The notes under the pieces: generated by a model
Database searches by the model: none
What the model was told of the DNA's origin: nothing
Seen by the model: the letters and a program-made list of their open reading frames with translations, nothing else
NCBI GenBank assembly: GCA_040218735.1
Contig: JAVJQW010000064.1
Location: 1-64,000 of the forward strand
Direction of reading: 5' to 3'
DNA length: 64,000 nt
Source: Deltaproteobacteria bacterium
GTDB taxonomy: Bacteria; Myxococcota; Kuafuiibacteriia; Kuafuiibacteriales; Kuafuiibacteriaceae
Shown here: in pieces, positions 43,354 through 53,781 of the stretch
How positions within the stretch are numbered: the stretch's first letter is position 1
How the letters are laid out: each line of letters starts with the position of its first letter
Program-made: the position numbers and the translations under genes

Positions 43354-46300
43354 GCGACAGCCTCCGCCTCAACAGAAAGCCGCGGCTCGACGCCGAGAAC
43401 CCCGCCTCCGCGAAGCGTGGCGCGAGCTCGGAGGCGGACGGCTCGTCGCCGTCGATCTTCGACACGAGCAGCGCGCGCCGGTCCCCATTCGTCACCAGCT
43501 CTGCGAGGGCCGCGACGAGCTGCCGCGCCGCCCCGGTGCGCTCCGGATCGCGCGGCGGGAGGAACGTGAGCAGCGACTTCTCGGTGCGCCCGACGTACGC
43601 GAGCAGGCGCCCGTTCGACAGCACCACGTGCGCGCCCGCGGCGCGTTGCGGTCGTGCGCCTTCGCGCTCCGGCCACGGGAGCATCGTGCCGTACGGGTTC
43701 GCCGGGTCCGTCGCCGCGAGGACGAGCGTGGTGACTTCTTCGGGGGCGTCGCGGAAACCGCGCAGCCGATCTTCGGCGCCCAGGAGCGCGAACTGCGTCG
43801 CGCCGAGCCCGTCGACGAAGTACCCGCGGCGAATCTTGCCGGACTCCTCCATCGCCTTGAGCACGGTGTAGACCGCGGAGAAGCCGCCGGTGACGTTCTC
43901 CGCGTGCACCGCCTCACGCACGAGGACGCCGTAGCGTTCGAGGAGCTGCCGCGCGAGCGCCGTCTTCTGCGCGGTGGGGGTGACGTCGGCGGCGCGGAGC
44001 AGCGACCACCGCCCCTCCGTGCCCGGCGGACCGAGCCGCCGCGATCGGAAGGAGCGCCCCGGGCGCCCGCGGGACTTCGACGTCTTCTTCCCGCCGACGA
44101 AGCTCCGCAGCGGCGCCACCGTGTCGTTCGTGACCTCGCCCGCCCAGACCAACGCCCAGATCGCGGACACCAGATCCGCGGGGAACGCGCCGGTGGCCTT
44201 GGCGAGGTCCGAGTAGAACAGCGCCCCACGCTCCGCGAGCAACGCGCGCACCCGCTCCGCGAGCTCCCCCTCCGCGGCGGTGATCGGCGTCGCGAGCGCG
44301 GGGTAGTGATCGGTGAGGTACAGCGCGACGCGCCCGTCGTTCACGCCGAGCGGCTCGTGCCCCCGCCAAACGATCTCGCCGGCCGCGCACAGCTCGTCGA
44401 GCATCGACGGCGTGTACTTCGCGACGCGCGCCGGGAGGATCTCCGACTCCAACACCGACGCGGGGATCGGCGCCCCCTGCAGCTGCTCCACCGCGGACAA
44501 CACGCCGTCCAACCCGCGCTGCGGGCGCGCGACGCTCTGCCAGTCCACGAGGAACCGCGCGAGCGCGTCGCCCTCGACCGGTTCGACTTGCCGCCGCAGC
44601 TTCGCGAGTGACTGCCGCTTCAATGCGCGCAGCACGTCCTTGTCGACCCACTCCGTCCCGCGCCCGCCCGGGATGAACTCCCCCTCCAGCACGCGGTCCT
44701 GCTCCGCGAGCCGCAGCAGCGCCGCGCGAACGGGCGCGACGCCGATGCCGAAGCGATCTGCGACGCTCTCCGCCGTGAACGGCGCGTGCGTGCGCGCGTA
44801 CCGCGCGACGAGCTCTTCGAGCGGATCACCGACGGTCTCTAGGAACGCCTCGGGGAGCCCCGGCGGCGGCATCACGCCCAGCGCGTCGCGGAGCTTGGCG
44901 ATGTCCTCCGCCGCGGCCCAGCGACGCTCGTTGGCGATCGTCACCTCGACGATCCGGCGCGTCCGCTTCAGCTCGGGGAGCCACTCGTCGACCGCCCCCT
45001 CGGCGCGCGCGCGGATGTCGTCGGTGGTGAGGTCACCGATCGACAGCAACAGATCGTGCACGCCGTCCGCGTGTTTGATCGGGTAGGGCGAGTCGAGCCG
45101 CTGCAGGCGGAGCTCGAGCTGTTCGAGGACGTCGCCGTCGAGGAGCTCGCGGAGCTCGGCTTCACCGAGGAGCTCCGCGAGCTGCGCGTGGTCGATCGAC
45201 AGCGCCTGCGCGCGGCGCTCCGCGAGGGGGGCGTCGCCGTCGTAGATGAAGTTCGCGACGTACGAGAACAGCAGGTTCGCGGCGAACGGCGACGGCGTCT
45301 TCGTCTGCACCGTCTTCACGCGCACCTTCCGCGACGCGACGTTCCGCATCAGCTCGGTCAGCGCGGTGATGTCGAAGACGTCGCGCAGGCACTCGCGGTA
45401 CGTCTCGAGGATGATCGGGAACTGCGGGAACTCGGACGCGACGGACAACAGATCCGCCGACCGGCGACGCTGCGCCCACAGCGGCGTGCGCTTCTGCGGG
45501 TGTTTCTTCGGGAGCAGCAGCGACCGCCCCGCGTTCTCGCGGAAACGCGCCGCGAACAGCGACGTGGAGCCGAGCTGACGCACGACGAGATCTTCGAGGT
45601 CGTCCGGCGCGGGGAAGAAGTCCTCCGGCTCCGGCGGCGCGTCGGCCTCCGGGAGGCGGAAGACGATGCCGTCGTCCGCCCACATCAGATCGACCTGGCC
45701 GCCGGTGTCCGCTTCGAGCTTGCCGAGCACGGCCGTCGCCCACGGCGCGTGCACACGCGCGCCGAACGGCGAGAGGATGCAGACGCGCCAGTCGCCGACC
45801 TCGTCGACGAAGCGTTCGAACACGATCGTGCGATCGCTCGGCACCTCGTCGGTGACCTCGACCTGCTCCGCGAGGAACTGCACGAGGTTCTGCGCGGCGA
45901 GGCGGTCGAGGCGGTGCTCCTCCTCCAGGTGGGTGATCGCTTCGCCGTCCTTCATGCGCGCGACCTTCCGCGCGAGCGCGCCGATCGCCGCGCCGAGCTC
46001 CGCCGGTCGACCGGGGCGGTCGCCGTGCCAGAACGGCATCTTCCCCGGCTCCCCGGGGGCCGGGCTCACGAGGACCTTGTCGTGGTCGATGTCCTCGATG
46101 CGCCACGACGACGCGCCGAGGAGGAAGACGTCGCCGGTGCGCGACTCGAAGACCATCTCCTCGTCCAGCTCGCCGACGCGTCGGCTCTTCTTCGTCTCGT
46201 CGCCCGCGAGGAAGACGCCGTACAGGCCGCGGTCGGGGATGGTGCCGCCGTTGACGATCGCGACGCGTTTGCTGCCGCGACGCGCTTCGACGATCCCCGC

Positions 46301-47827
46301 GACGCGGTCCCACGTGATGCGCGGCCGCAGCTCCGCGAAGCGGTCCGACGGGTAGCGCCCCGACAACATGTCGAGCACACCTTCGAACGACGAGCGCGGC
46401 AGATCCGCGAACGACGCCGCGCCGCGGATCTGATCGTAGAGCTGCTCGACGTCGAGCTGATCCGCGCTCGCCATCGCGACGATCTGCTGCGCGAGGACGT
46501 CGAGCGGGTTTCGCGGGTAGTACGTCTCCTCGACCTTGCCCTCCAGCATCCGCACCGTCGCCGCGGCGCACGCGAGGAGGTCGCCGCGGAACTTCGGGAA
46601 GATGTGGCCCTTCGAGGTGGCGCCGACCTGGTGGCCCGCGCGGCCGATGCGCTGCAGGCCGGAGGCGACCGACGGCGGCGCCTCGATCTGGATGACGAGA
46701 TCCACCGCGCCCATGTCGATGCCGAGCTCGAGCGAGGAGGTCGCGACGATCGCGGGGAGCAGCCCCTTCTTCAGGCGGTCTTCGATGACGAGGCGGGTGT
46801 CCTTCGCGATCGAGCCGTGGTGGGCGAGGGCGATCTCCTCCTCGGCACACTCGTTCAACGCACCCGCGAGCCGCTCCGCGAGGCGGCGGCTGTTCACGAA
46901 GATCATCGTGGAGCGGTGCTGGCGGATCAGCTCGACGAGGCGCGGGTGGATCGACGGCCAGATGCTCTTGCCGCCGCTCTGATCCGCGGACGCGGGGCCG
47001 GAACGGATCGGGGCGTCGTCGCCGATTCCTCGGATCGGGGCGTCGTCGCCGAGGCGGGCCATGTCCTCGACCGGGACCTCGACGGAGATTTGTAAGTCGC
47101 GGCGGCGGCCGGCGTCGATCACGTTCACGGGGCGCGGGCGCCACGCGTCGCCGTCGACGACGCCGCCCGCGAGGAGGCGCGCGATCTCGTCGAGCGGGCG
47201 CTGCGTCGCGGACAGGCCGATGCGGACGAGCGGGTCTGAGGAGCGGCGCAGCGCTTCGAGGCGCTCCAGCGAGAGGAACAGGTGCGTCCCGCGTTTGGTG
47301 GGGACGAGGGAGTGGATCTCGTCGACGATCAGGGTGTCGACGGAGCGCAGCATCTCGCGCGCCTGCGAGGTGAGGATCAGGTAGAGCGACTCCGGCGTGG
47401 TGATCAGGATGTCCGGCGGCGTGCGCTGCATCTTCGCGCGCTCCGACGACGGGGTGTCGCCGGAGCGCACGCCGACGGTGAGCTCGCGGTGCGGGACGCC
47501 GTCCCTCGCGGCGAGCGCGCGGATGCCGGTGAGGGGGGCGCGCAGGTTGCGCTCGACGTCGACGCCGAGCGCCTTGAGCGGCGAGATGTAGAGGACGCGG
47601 CAGCGCTCCATCTTCTCGGGCTCGGGCGAGAACATCAGCTCGTCGATCGCGGAGAGGAACGCGGCGAGGGTCTTGCCGGAGCCGGTCGGCGCGAGCAGGA
47701 GCGTGGAGCTGCGGTCTTGGATCGACGGCCAGCCCTTCCGCTGGGCGAGCGTGGGCCCGTCGGGGAACGACGCGTTGAACCACTGCTGCACCACGGGGTG
47801 GAGCCTCTCGAGCGCCGCTTTCGCCAC
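43346..47827 (-). CDS. lhr: Lhr family ATP-dependent helicase (long form with C-terminal winged-helix/glycosylase region)
   Basis: APTGSGKT, ITTPESL, VDEIH, IGLSAT, SSLELGIDMG, QRIGRAGH, RRGYFV.GLG..QFA, AATDPANPYG; GTG start at 47827. Confidence 0.95.
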   Translation of the reverse strand: MAKAALERLHPVVQQWFNASFPDGPTLAQRKGWPSIQDRSSTLLLAPTGSGKTLAAFLSAIDELMFSPEPEKMERCRVLYISPLKALGVDVERNLRAPLTGIRALAARDGVPHRELTVGVRSGDTPSSERAKMQRTPPDILITTPESLYLILTSQAREMLRSVDTLIVDEIHSLVPTKRGTHLFLSLERLEALRRSSDPLVRIGLSATQRPLDEIARLLAGGVVDGDAWRPRPVNVIDAGRRRDLQISVEVPVEDMARLGDDAPIRGIGDDAPIRSGPASADQSGGKSIWPSIHPRLVELIRQHRSTMIFVNSRRLAERLAGALNECAEEEIALAHHGSIAKDTRLVIEDRLKKGLLPAIVATSSLELGIDMGAVDLVIQIEAPPSVASGLQRIGRAGHQVGATSKGHIFPKFRGDLLACAAATVRMLEGKVEETYYPRNPLDVLAQQIVAMASADQLDVEQLYDQIRGAASFADLPRSSFEGVLDMLSGRYPSDRFAELRPRITWDRVAGIVEARRGSKRVAIVNGGTIPDRGLYGVFLAGDETKKSRRVGELDEEMVFESRTGDVFLLGASSWRIEDIDHDKVLVSPAPGEPGKMPFWHGDRPGRPAELGAAIGALARKVARMKDGEAITHLEEEHRLDRLAAQNLVQFLAEQVEVTDEVPSDRTIVFERFVDEVGDWRVCILSPFGARVHAPWATAVLGKLEADTGGQVDLMWADDGIVFRLPEADAPPEPEDFFPAPDDLEDLVVRQLGSTSLFAARFRENAGRSLLLPKKHPQKRTPLWAQRRRSADLLSVASEFPQFPIILETYRECLRDVFDITALTELMRNVASRKVRVKTVQTKTPSPFAANLLFSYVANFIYDGDAPLAERRAQALSIDHAQLAELLGEAELRELLDGDVLEQLELRLQRLDSPYPIKHADGVHDLLLSIGDLTTDDIRARAEGAVDEWLPELKRTRRIVEVTIANERRWAAAEDIAKLRDALGVMPPPGLPEAFLETVGDPLEELVARYARTHAPFTAESVADRFGIGVAPVRAALLRLAEQDRVLEGEFIPGGRGTEWVDKDVLRALKRQSLAKLRRQVEPVEGDALARFLVDWQSVARPQRGLDGVLSAVEQLQGAPIPASVLESEILPARVAKYTPSMLDELCAAGEIVWRGHEPLGVNDGRVALYLTDHYPALATPITAAEGELAERVRALLAERGALFYSDLAKATGAFPADLVSAIWALVWAGEVTNDTVAPLRSFVGGKKTSKSRGRPGRSFRSRRLGPPGTEGRWSLLRAADVTPTAQKTALARQLLERYGVLVREAVHAENVTGGFSAVYTVLKAMEESGKIRRGYFVDGLGATQFALLGAEDRLRGFRDAPEEVTTLVLAATDPANPYGTMLPWPEREGARPQRAAGAHVVLSNGRLLAYVGRTEKSLLTFLPPRDPERTGAARQLVAALAELVTNGDRRALLVSKIDGDEPSASELAPRFAEAGFSASSRGFLLRRRLSRA

Positions 47828-47927
47828 GGACCGACGATGATAACGAAACGGGCGAAAAGTGCACGCGTGTTCAGGTGCTCCAATCCGCTTGACCCTGGGG
47901 CGGCCCGAAACGTACACGCGCCGGACC

Positions 47928-48887
47928 GTGGCGCTCGGGGAAGAACGGCTCCGCTCGATCGTCGAGTCTCTGCTCCTGATTTCGGCCGACCCGGTGCCGG
48001 TGGCGCGCCTCGTGGAGGTCATCCGCATCGAGGACCCCCAGACCGAGGAGGACACGATTCGGGCGGCGATCGGCAGCCTGGTCGAGCACTACGCCAACGC
48101 CGAGCGGCCGCTGGCCCGGGGCTTTCGGGTCGATGAGGTCGCCGGGGGCCTGCAGTACCGGACGACCCCGGAGAACGCGCAGTACGTGCGGCGCTACCTG
48201 GCGGCGAAGCCGCAGCGCCTCACGAAGGCGGCGCTCGAGACGCTCGCGATCATCGCGTACCGGCAGCCGGTGACGAAGCCGGAGGTCGAGGCGATCCGCG
48301 GGGTCGACGTGGGGGCCGCGCTCAAGGGGCTCTTGGAGCGCGACCTGATCAAGATCCTCGGCAAGCGCGACGAGGTCGGGCGGCCGATCATCTACGGCAC
48401 GACGACGGCGTTCTTGGAGTTCTTCGGGCTGAAGGCGCTCGGGGAGCTGCCCACGCTGCGCGAGTACCACGAGCTGGACGACGAGCATCAAAAGGAAGTC
48501 GACGCCCTCGGCGGCGAGGAGAAGCAGTCGGTCGCGGACCTCGCGGCCGCGGCGAGCTTCCTCGTGGAGCGGCGCGAGGACCCGGAGCTCGACGCGCTCG
48601 ACGCCGCGGTGGCGGACGTCGACCGCGTGAAGAAGACGGCCGACGACGCCCTGGATCCGCCCAAGCCCGAAGGGGCCGAGGGGGCGCCGGGCTCGGACGG
48701 AGCCAACGGTCCGGAGGGTCCGGAGGGAGCGGCGCCGAGCGCCGCAGAGGACGCCGCGCCCGAGCGCGTGGCCCAAGAAGCCGCGCCGGCGAGCGCGGAC
48801 GATGGTGCCGCACCCGAGGGTGCGGACGATGGCGCCGCTCGTGAGAGCGCCGCACCCGAGGCGCCGGCTGCGCCGACTGAGAGCTGA
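47928..48887 (+). CDS. scpB: Segregation and condensation protein B
   Basis: EVAGG.Q.RT, AALETLAIIAYRQPVT..EVEAIRGV, GRP..YGTT..FLEFFGL; start uncertain. Confidence 0.95.
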   Translation: MALGEERLRSIVESLLLISADPVPVARLVEVIRIEDPQTEEDTIRAAIGSLVEHYANAERPLARGFRVDEVAGGLQYRTTPENAQYVRRYLAAKPQRLTKAALETLAIIAYRQPVTKPEVEAIRGVDVGAALKGLLERDLIKILGKRDEVGRPIIYGTTTAFLEFFGLKALGELPTLREYHELDDEHQKEVDALGGEEKQSVADLAAAASFLVERREDPELDALDAAVADVDRVKKTADDALDPPKPEGAEGAPGSDGANGPEGPEGAAPSAAEDAAPERVAQEAAPASADDGAAPEGADDGAARESAAPEAPAAPTES

Positions 48888-48890
48888 AAG

Positions 48891-51113
48891 ATGTCCATAC
48901 GCCTGCAGGTGGTGTTGTCGCGCGCGGGGATCGCGTCGCGGCGGACCGCCGAGAAGATGATCGAGGACGGCCGCGTCGCCGTGAACGGCGAGGTCGTGCG
49001 CGAGCAGGGGACGAAGGTGGAAGACGCCGACGTCGTCACGCTCGATGGCGAGGTGGTGGGGCCCAAACAGGACCCGGTCACGCTCGTGATGTTCAAGCCG
49101 GCCGAGGTGGTCACGACGATGTCGGATCCCGAGGGCCGCGAGACGGTCGCCGACATCGTGCGCAACGAGCCGTACCGGTTGGTGCCGGTGGGGCGGCTCG
49201 ACTACCTCACCGAGGGCCTGCTGTTGATGTCGACGGACGGGGAGCTCATCGAGCGCCTCCTGCATCCGCGCCACAAGGTCCCGAAGATCTACGTCGTCAA
49301 GACGGTCGGCACGATGGGCGACGAGGCGGTGACGCAGCTGATCGAGGGCGTGGAGCTCGAGGACGGCGTGACGCACCCGGCGGTGGTCGAGGTGCTCGAG
49401 CAGACGCCGCGGCGGACGTGGATCGAGATCGTCGTGACCGAGGGGCGCAACCGATTGGTGCGTCGTATGTGCGAAGCGGTCGGGCACGAGGCGCTGCGCG
49501 TGGTGCGGACGGCGATCGGGACGATCGATCTCGGTGACCTGAAGCCCGGGCAGTACCGCTACCTCACCGCGCAGGAGCTCGGCGCGCTGTACAAGGCGGC
49601 GGGCCTCGAGAAGGCGCGACGCTTCGAGCCGGCCAACGCGGGCTACGTCATCGGCAAGGCGCGGCGCGGCAAGGGCGCGTTCCCGGGGTACGGCAACTTC
49701 GTGCACACGACCGTCGTGGAGCGCGAGCCGACGGGCCGGAACAAGAGGAAGGGGCCGCATCGCGAACGCAAGGACGACAAACGCCGCGGCGACCGCAGCG
49801 GCGCCGGGCGCGCACGACGCAACGACCGCGGCGGCGATCGTAGCGGCGCGGGGCGCTGGGGACGCGACGGCGACGAGCGCCGCACGCGTAGCGGCGACCG
49901 CGGCGGCGCGGGGCGCGAACGCCACGACGACCGCGGCGGCGACCGCAGCGGCGCCGGGCACTGGGGCAACGACGATCGCAAGGGCGGTGGACGAGGGCGC
50001 GACGACCGCAGGGGCGGCGAGCGCTGGGACCGAGGCCACCGCGAGCGGGACGACGAACGGCGCGGCGCCGACGACGCACGCCGCGGACGCTGGAACCGCG
50101 ACGACCGCGACGGTGGCTCGGGCGGCGAGCGCGGCGGCGGATCCCGCGACCGCGCGGACGGGGATCGCCGCGGGCGCTGGAGCCGCGACGGTGGCTCGGG
50201 CGGCGAGCGCGGCGGCGGTGGCTATCGCGCGAGAGACGGCGCCCAGCGCCGAGGTGGTTCGGGCGGCGAGCGCGGCGATGGCGGCGACCGCCGAGGACGC
50301 GGACGCTGGAGTCGCGACGACCGTGACAGTGGTTCGGGTCGCGAGCGCGGCGGACTGGACGACCGTGACGGTGGCTCGGGTCGCGAGCGCGGCGGACGCA
50401 ACGACCGCGGTTCGGATCGCGGGGGCGGCGGGCGTTGGGGTCGCGACGATGGCGAACGCCGTGGGCGCGGAGGCTGGAGTCGCGACGGCGACGATCGCGG
50501 CGGCCGCGGACGCGGCGGCGGATACCGCAACCGCGCGGGCGGCGACGATCGCGGCGACCGCGGCCGCGGAGGCTGGAGCCGCGACGGCGACGATCGCGGC
50601 GGCCGCGGACGTGGCGGCGGGTACCGCGACCGCGCGGGCGGTGACGATCGCGGCGGCCGCGGACGCTCGGCTCGGGACGATCGCAAGGGTGGCTCGGGTC
50701 GCGGTCGTGACGATCGCGAGGGCGGTTCGGGTCGCGGCGGCGGACGCTGGGGTCGCGACGACCGCGCGGGCGGCGATCGCCGAGGCGGCGGCCGAGACCG
50801 CGATGACCGCAAGGGCGGTCGAGATCGTGATGACCGCAAGGGCGGTCGAGGCGGCGGCCGAGACCGCGATGACCGCAAGGGCGGTCGAGTCGGAGGGCGC
50901 GGACAGGGCGAGCGCGAGGCCGGGGGCCGGAGCGGACGTGACGACCGCGGCGCCGGTGACGACGCCAAGCGCGGTGGCGGCTACGGCCGCGGCGATCGCA
51001 AAGGCGCGCGCGGCCGCAGCTCGAGCAAGGGCGCGCCGCGGGGCAGGTCGGGACCACGCGGCAAGCCGCGCGCGGGCGGACGCAAGGGCCCGCGCAAGGG
51101 CAGCCGGGACTGA
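48891..51113 (+). CDS. rluB: rRNA pseudouridine synthase (RluB/RsuA family) with a very long RG/RD-rich tail
   Basis: S4 domain GIASRR; VGRLDYLTEGLLL, EGRNRLVRRM; follows scpB. Confidence 0.9.
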   Translation: MSIRLQVVLSRAGIASRRTAEKMIEDGRVAVNGEVVREQGTKVEDADVVTLDGEVVGPKQDPVTLVMFKPAEVVTTMSDPEGRETVADIVRNEPYRLVPVGRLDYLTEGLLLMSTDGELIERLLHPRHKVPKIYVVKTVGTMGDEAVTQLIEGVELEDGVTHPAVVEVLEQTPRRTWIEIVVTEGRNRLVRRMCEAVGHEALRVVRTAIGTIDLGDLKPGQYRYLTAQELGALYKAAGLEKARRFEPANAGYVIGKARRGKGAFPGYGNFVHTTVVEREPTGRNKRKGPHRERKDDKRRGDRSGAGRARRNDRGGDRSGAGRWGRDGDERRTRSGDRGGAGRERHDDRGGDRSGAGHWGNDDRKGGGRGRDDRRGGERWDRGHRERDDERRGADDARRGRWNRDDRDGGSGGERGGGSRDRADGDRRGRWSRDGGSGGERGGGGYRARDGAQRRGGSGGERGDGGDRRGRGRWSRDDRDSGSGRERGGLDDRDGGSGRERGGRNDRGSDRGGGGRWGRDDGERRGRGGWSRDGDDRGGRGRGGGYRNRAGGDDRGDRGRGGWSRDGDDRGGRGRGGGYRDRAGGDDRGGRGRSARDDRKGGSGRGRDDREGGSGRGGGRWGRDDRAGGDRRGGGRDRDDRKGGRDRDDRKGGRGGGRDRDDRKGGRVGGRGQGEREAGGRSGRDDRGAGDDAKRGGGYGRGDRKGARGRSSSKGAPRGRSGPRGKPRAGGRKGPRKGSRD

Positions 51114-51340
51114 GCCCCTGCCCGCAACTCGACTTGCGGTTCGTGACGCCGTGATGGCTCGCCGAACCGATCCGATCCGAGGCGGTGGGTTGCGAGTCCG
51201 CAGGACGTTCGCGACACTGACGCATCGTTCGACCCGTACCGCTGATCGTCGCCGTCCTGTGGGCTTCGTCCGCGTGGGCGTTCCCGGGCGGCAAGGCGCT
51301 CTGCACGAACGCGCGAGGTCAGGTCTACGCGTGTGACACC

Positions 51341-53050
51341 GTGCTCCGGCCCGGCAAGTTCTCCAAGTGGGAGCGGGTCATCGCCCCGGAGATCGATTGG
51401 AACGAGGTGGTCGAGCGATCGAACGCGTCTCAGCGTCGCGCCGAGCAGCGTCACCGCGTGTCACCCCTCGGGCGTCGTGAGGCGGCGTGGAGCGAGCTGA
51501 TCCGTCCGTGCGGGCGTGCTGATCCGTGTGCGTGCGCCATCGCGACGAGCGCCGCGCCGGCGTTCTGCAACACCGGCGTCAAGTCGGCTTGCGGGATGAT
51601 CTTCCGGGGGCGTGGGGCCGCCGAGCCCGACTACGCCCGACGATGCCGAGCCCGACCCGACGCCATGCACCGCACGCTCCGCGAAGTCTGCGTGGCGCGC
51701 GCCAACCTCCAACACAGCATCGACCAGGCGCGTTCGTCCCAGGCGCAGAGCGATCTACGGAAGGGGCTCGCGAGCATCGACCGGTTGCGTCCGATGATGG
51801 AGGCACCCGCGGGGGGTGAGGGGTACTACCGGAAGAAGGACTTTCGGGCGTGGTGGTCGATGTACTGCGCGTCGAGCTCGCCCGAGGACTTTCGGCGACG
51901 TCAGCGCGAGGTCCGCCGCGGTGAGCAACAGGCGCGCCTCGACTCCGAGCGTCGCGAGCAAGCCGAGCGGCGCAAACGAGAGCAACGCGAGCGGCGGCTG
52001 GACACGGAGCCGCCCGCGGCTGCTCCGGCCGCTCGCCTCGAACACGACGGTCGACGACTCTTCGACCTCGTCGGTCTACCGATCGACGACGACCGCGTGG
52101 AGCGCGCGCTCGCGGCGCTCGGACGGCCGACGATGCGCCGGGCGAACGTGCAAACGTGGTCGTCGTCGAAACACGCGCCGCGACGCATCGACTACAACGT
52201 GTCGATCACCACGGACGACGCCAACCGCGTGCGTTCGGTCAGGCTCGGGGCGCGCTGGCCGGGACGTCTCCCGTACGGGCTTCATGCGTTCGGCCGGTCC
52301 GGGGAGAAGGGCGTCCCCGACGGCGACGATCTGCGGGACGCGCTCGGTCGCCCGCACGCGCGGGAGAAACAGAACGGCGGGCGCACGGCCGAGTGGTCCT
52401 GGACGTTCGGCGACAAGAGGATCACCGCGTACGTCGGCCGCGGGCGCGCGCCGTCGCTGAAGTGGATCTGGGCCGAACGCGTTGAGCACACGGACGATCG
52501 GACCGAGTCGAAGCGAGCCGGGCCCCGCGCGGATCCTCGCACCGCCGAGCTCGCGGCGCGCCGCTCCGAGAGGAGGCGAACGCGGGACGCGCGCATCGCC
52601 GACGGGAAGGCGAAGCAGGCGGCCGAGTCCGCGCGCCGCGCCCGGCTCGGCGCCGATCTCGTCGAGCCGGGGCCGCTCGGGGTCTTCGATGTCGTCGGTC
52701 GCGACATCGACGATTCGAACGTGACATCGCGCCTCGCCGCGCTCGGTGCTCCGGCGCGAAGCTCCGACACGAGTCGGCACTGGGAGGGCGTGAGTCTGTT
52801 CGGCGAGGGGGTCGTGCGGAAGGTCGTCCTGCGCCCGAAGTACGCGGGGCGGTTCCCGTACGGCCTTGGCGATCGTCGCCCGATCCGGGAGGCGGATCTC
52901 GAAGCGGCCCTCGGCGATCCGCTCACGAAGCGGCCGGGCTTCGGGACCCGCGTGATTTGGATCTGGCGCTTCGGCGACTTCGAGGTCTTCGCGTTCTTCG
53001 ACGGCGGGACGAAGACGCTCACGCGCCTCGAACGACGCTCCGTGCGTTGA
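51341..53050 (+). CDS. Hypothetical secreted protein with Cys-rich N-terminus and duplicated C-terminal domain
   Basis: Two copies of FD.VG..IDD..V...LAALG.P...GR.PYGL...DL..ALG.P...W.W.FGD; frame extends upstream to 51221 with a signal-like segment but no canonical start. Confidence 0.7.
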   Translation: MLRPGKFSKWERVIAPEIDWNEVVERSNASQRRAEQRHRVSPLGRREAAWSELIRPCGRADPCACAIATSAAPAFCNTGVKSACGMIFRGRGAAEPDYARRCRARPDAMHRTLREVCVARANLQHSIDQARSSQAQSDLRKGLASIDRLRPMMEAPAGGEGYYRKKDFRAWWSMYCASSSPEDFRRRQREVRRGEQQARLDSERREQAERRKREQRERRLDTEPPAAAPAARLEHDGRRLFDLVGLPIDDDRVERALAALGRPTMRRANVQTWSSSKHAPRRIDYNVSITTDDANRVRSVRLGARWPGRLPYGLHAFGRSGEKGVPDGDDLRDALGRPHAREKQNGGRTAEWSWTFGDKRITAYVGRGRAPSLKWIWAERVEHTDDRTESKRAGPRADPRTAELAARRSERRRTRDARIADGKAKQAAESARRARLGADLVEPGPLGVFDVVGRDIDDSNVTSRLAALGAPARSSDTSRHWEGVSLFGEGVVRKVVLRPKYAGRFPYGLGDRRPIREADLEAALGDPLTKRPGFGTRVIWIWRFGDFEVFAFFDGGTKTLTRLERRSVR

Positions 53051-53055
53051 ACGTG

Positions 53056-53766
53056 TCAGCGCGGTGGGCCGCGCCCGCGCCCGGGGCCAAAGCGCCGGAT
53101 CTCTTCGAACGCTTCGAGCTGCGTCGCGTCCAGGACCTCTGCGGCGCGCTGCTTCGTCGCGTCGCGCGCGGCCTCGAGGGCGGGGCGGATCTTGTCGAAG
53201 TCGGGTGGGCCGTCGCCGGCTTCGCGCTCGAACAGCGCGTGCAGCTTCTCGCGCTCGGCGTCGATCGCCTGGCGGAGGACCTGCGTCTGCGAGCTGTCGA
53301 GGCTGTGGTCTTCGACGAAGGACTGGAAACGTTCGTCCTCGCGCCGCTCGAACCGCTCGCGCATCTGCTTTCCGCGCTCCCGAAAGACGTCGTCCTGCAC
53401 GCCGCGGACGATCGTCTCGAGGCGCTTGCGACCGGCCTCGGTGTCGAGGGGCTGATAGGCGAGCACGGCATCGACGTCCTCTCGGAGCGTCTCGATCTCC
53501 TTGGCGACTTCGCCCTCCGGGGCCTCGGCCACGGCGGTCGTGGGGAGCGTCCGCCGCTCGAGCGCCGAGACCCGCGCGGCGAGCGTCCGGACCTGGTGCT
53601 CGAGCGCCTGCACGCGCCCGTCGTCGGTGCGGTCCACTTCGGCGGCGCGGGGCTCGGCCGGCTCGGGGTGCGCGCGCGGTTCGGGTCGCGTCAGGCTGAC
53701 GACGAGCGCCGCAGCGCCCAGGACTGCGCCGAGGAGTGAGAGGAGTGTCGAGGTACGTGGATTCAT
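53056..53766 (-). CDS. Hypothetical membrane-anchored coiled-coil protein
   Basis: N-terminal TM helix; helical charged C-terminus ending ...VLDATQLEAFEE. Confidence 0.7.
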   Translation of the reverse strand: MNPRTSTLLSLLGAVLGAAALVVSLTRPEPRAHPEPAEPRAAEVDRTDDGRVQALEHQVRTLAARVSALERRTLPTTAVAEAPEGEVAKEIETLREDVDAVLAYQPLDTEAGRKRLETIVRGVQDDVFRERGKQMRERFERREDERFQSFVEDHSLDSSQTQVLRQAIDAEREKLHALFEREAGDGPPDFDKIRPALEAARDATKQRAAEVLDATQLEAFEEIRRFGPGRGRGPPR

Positions 53767-53781
53767 CGGGCGACCCGGCGC

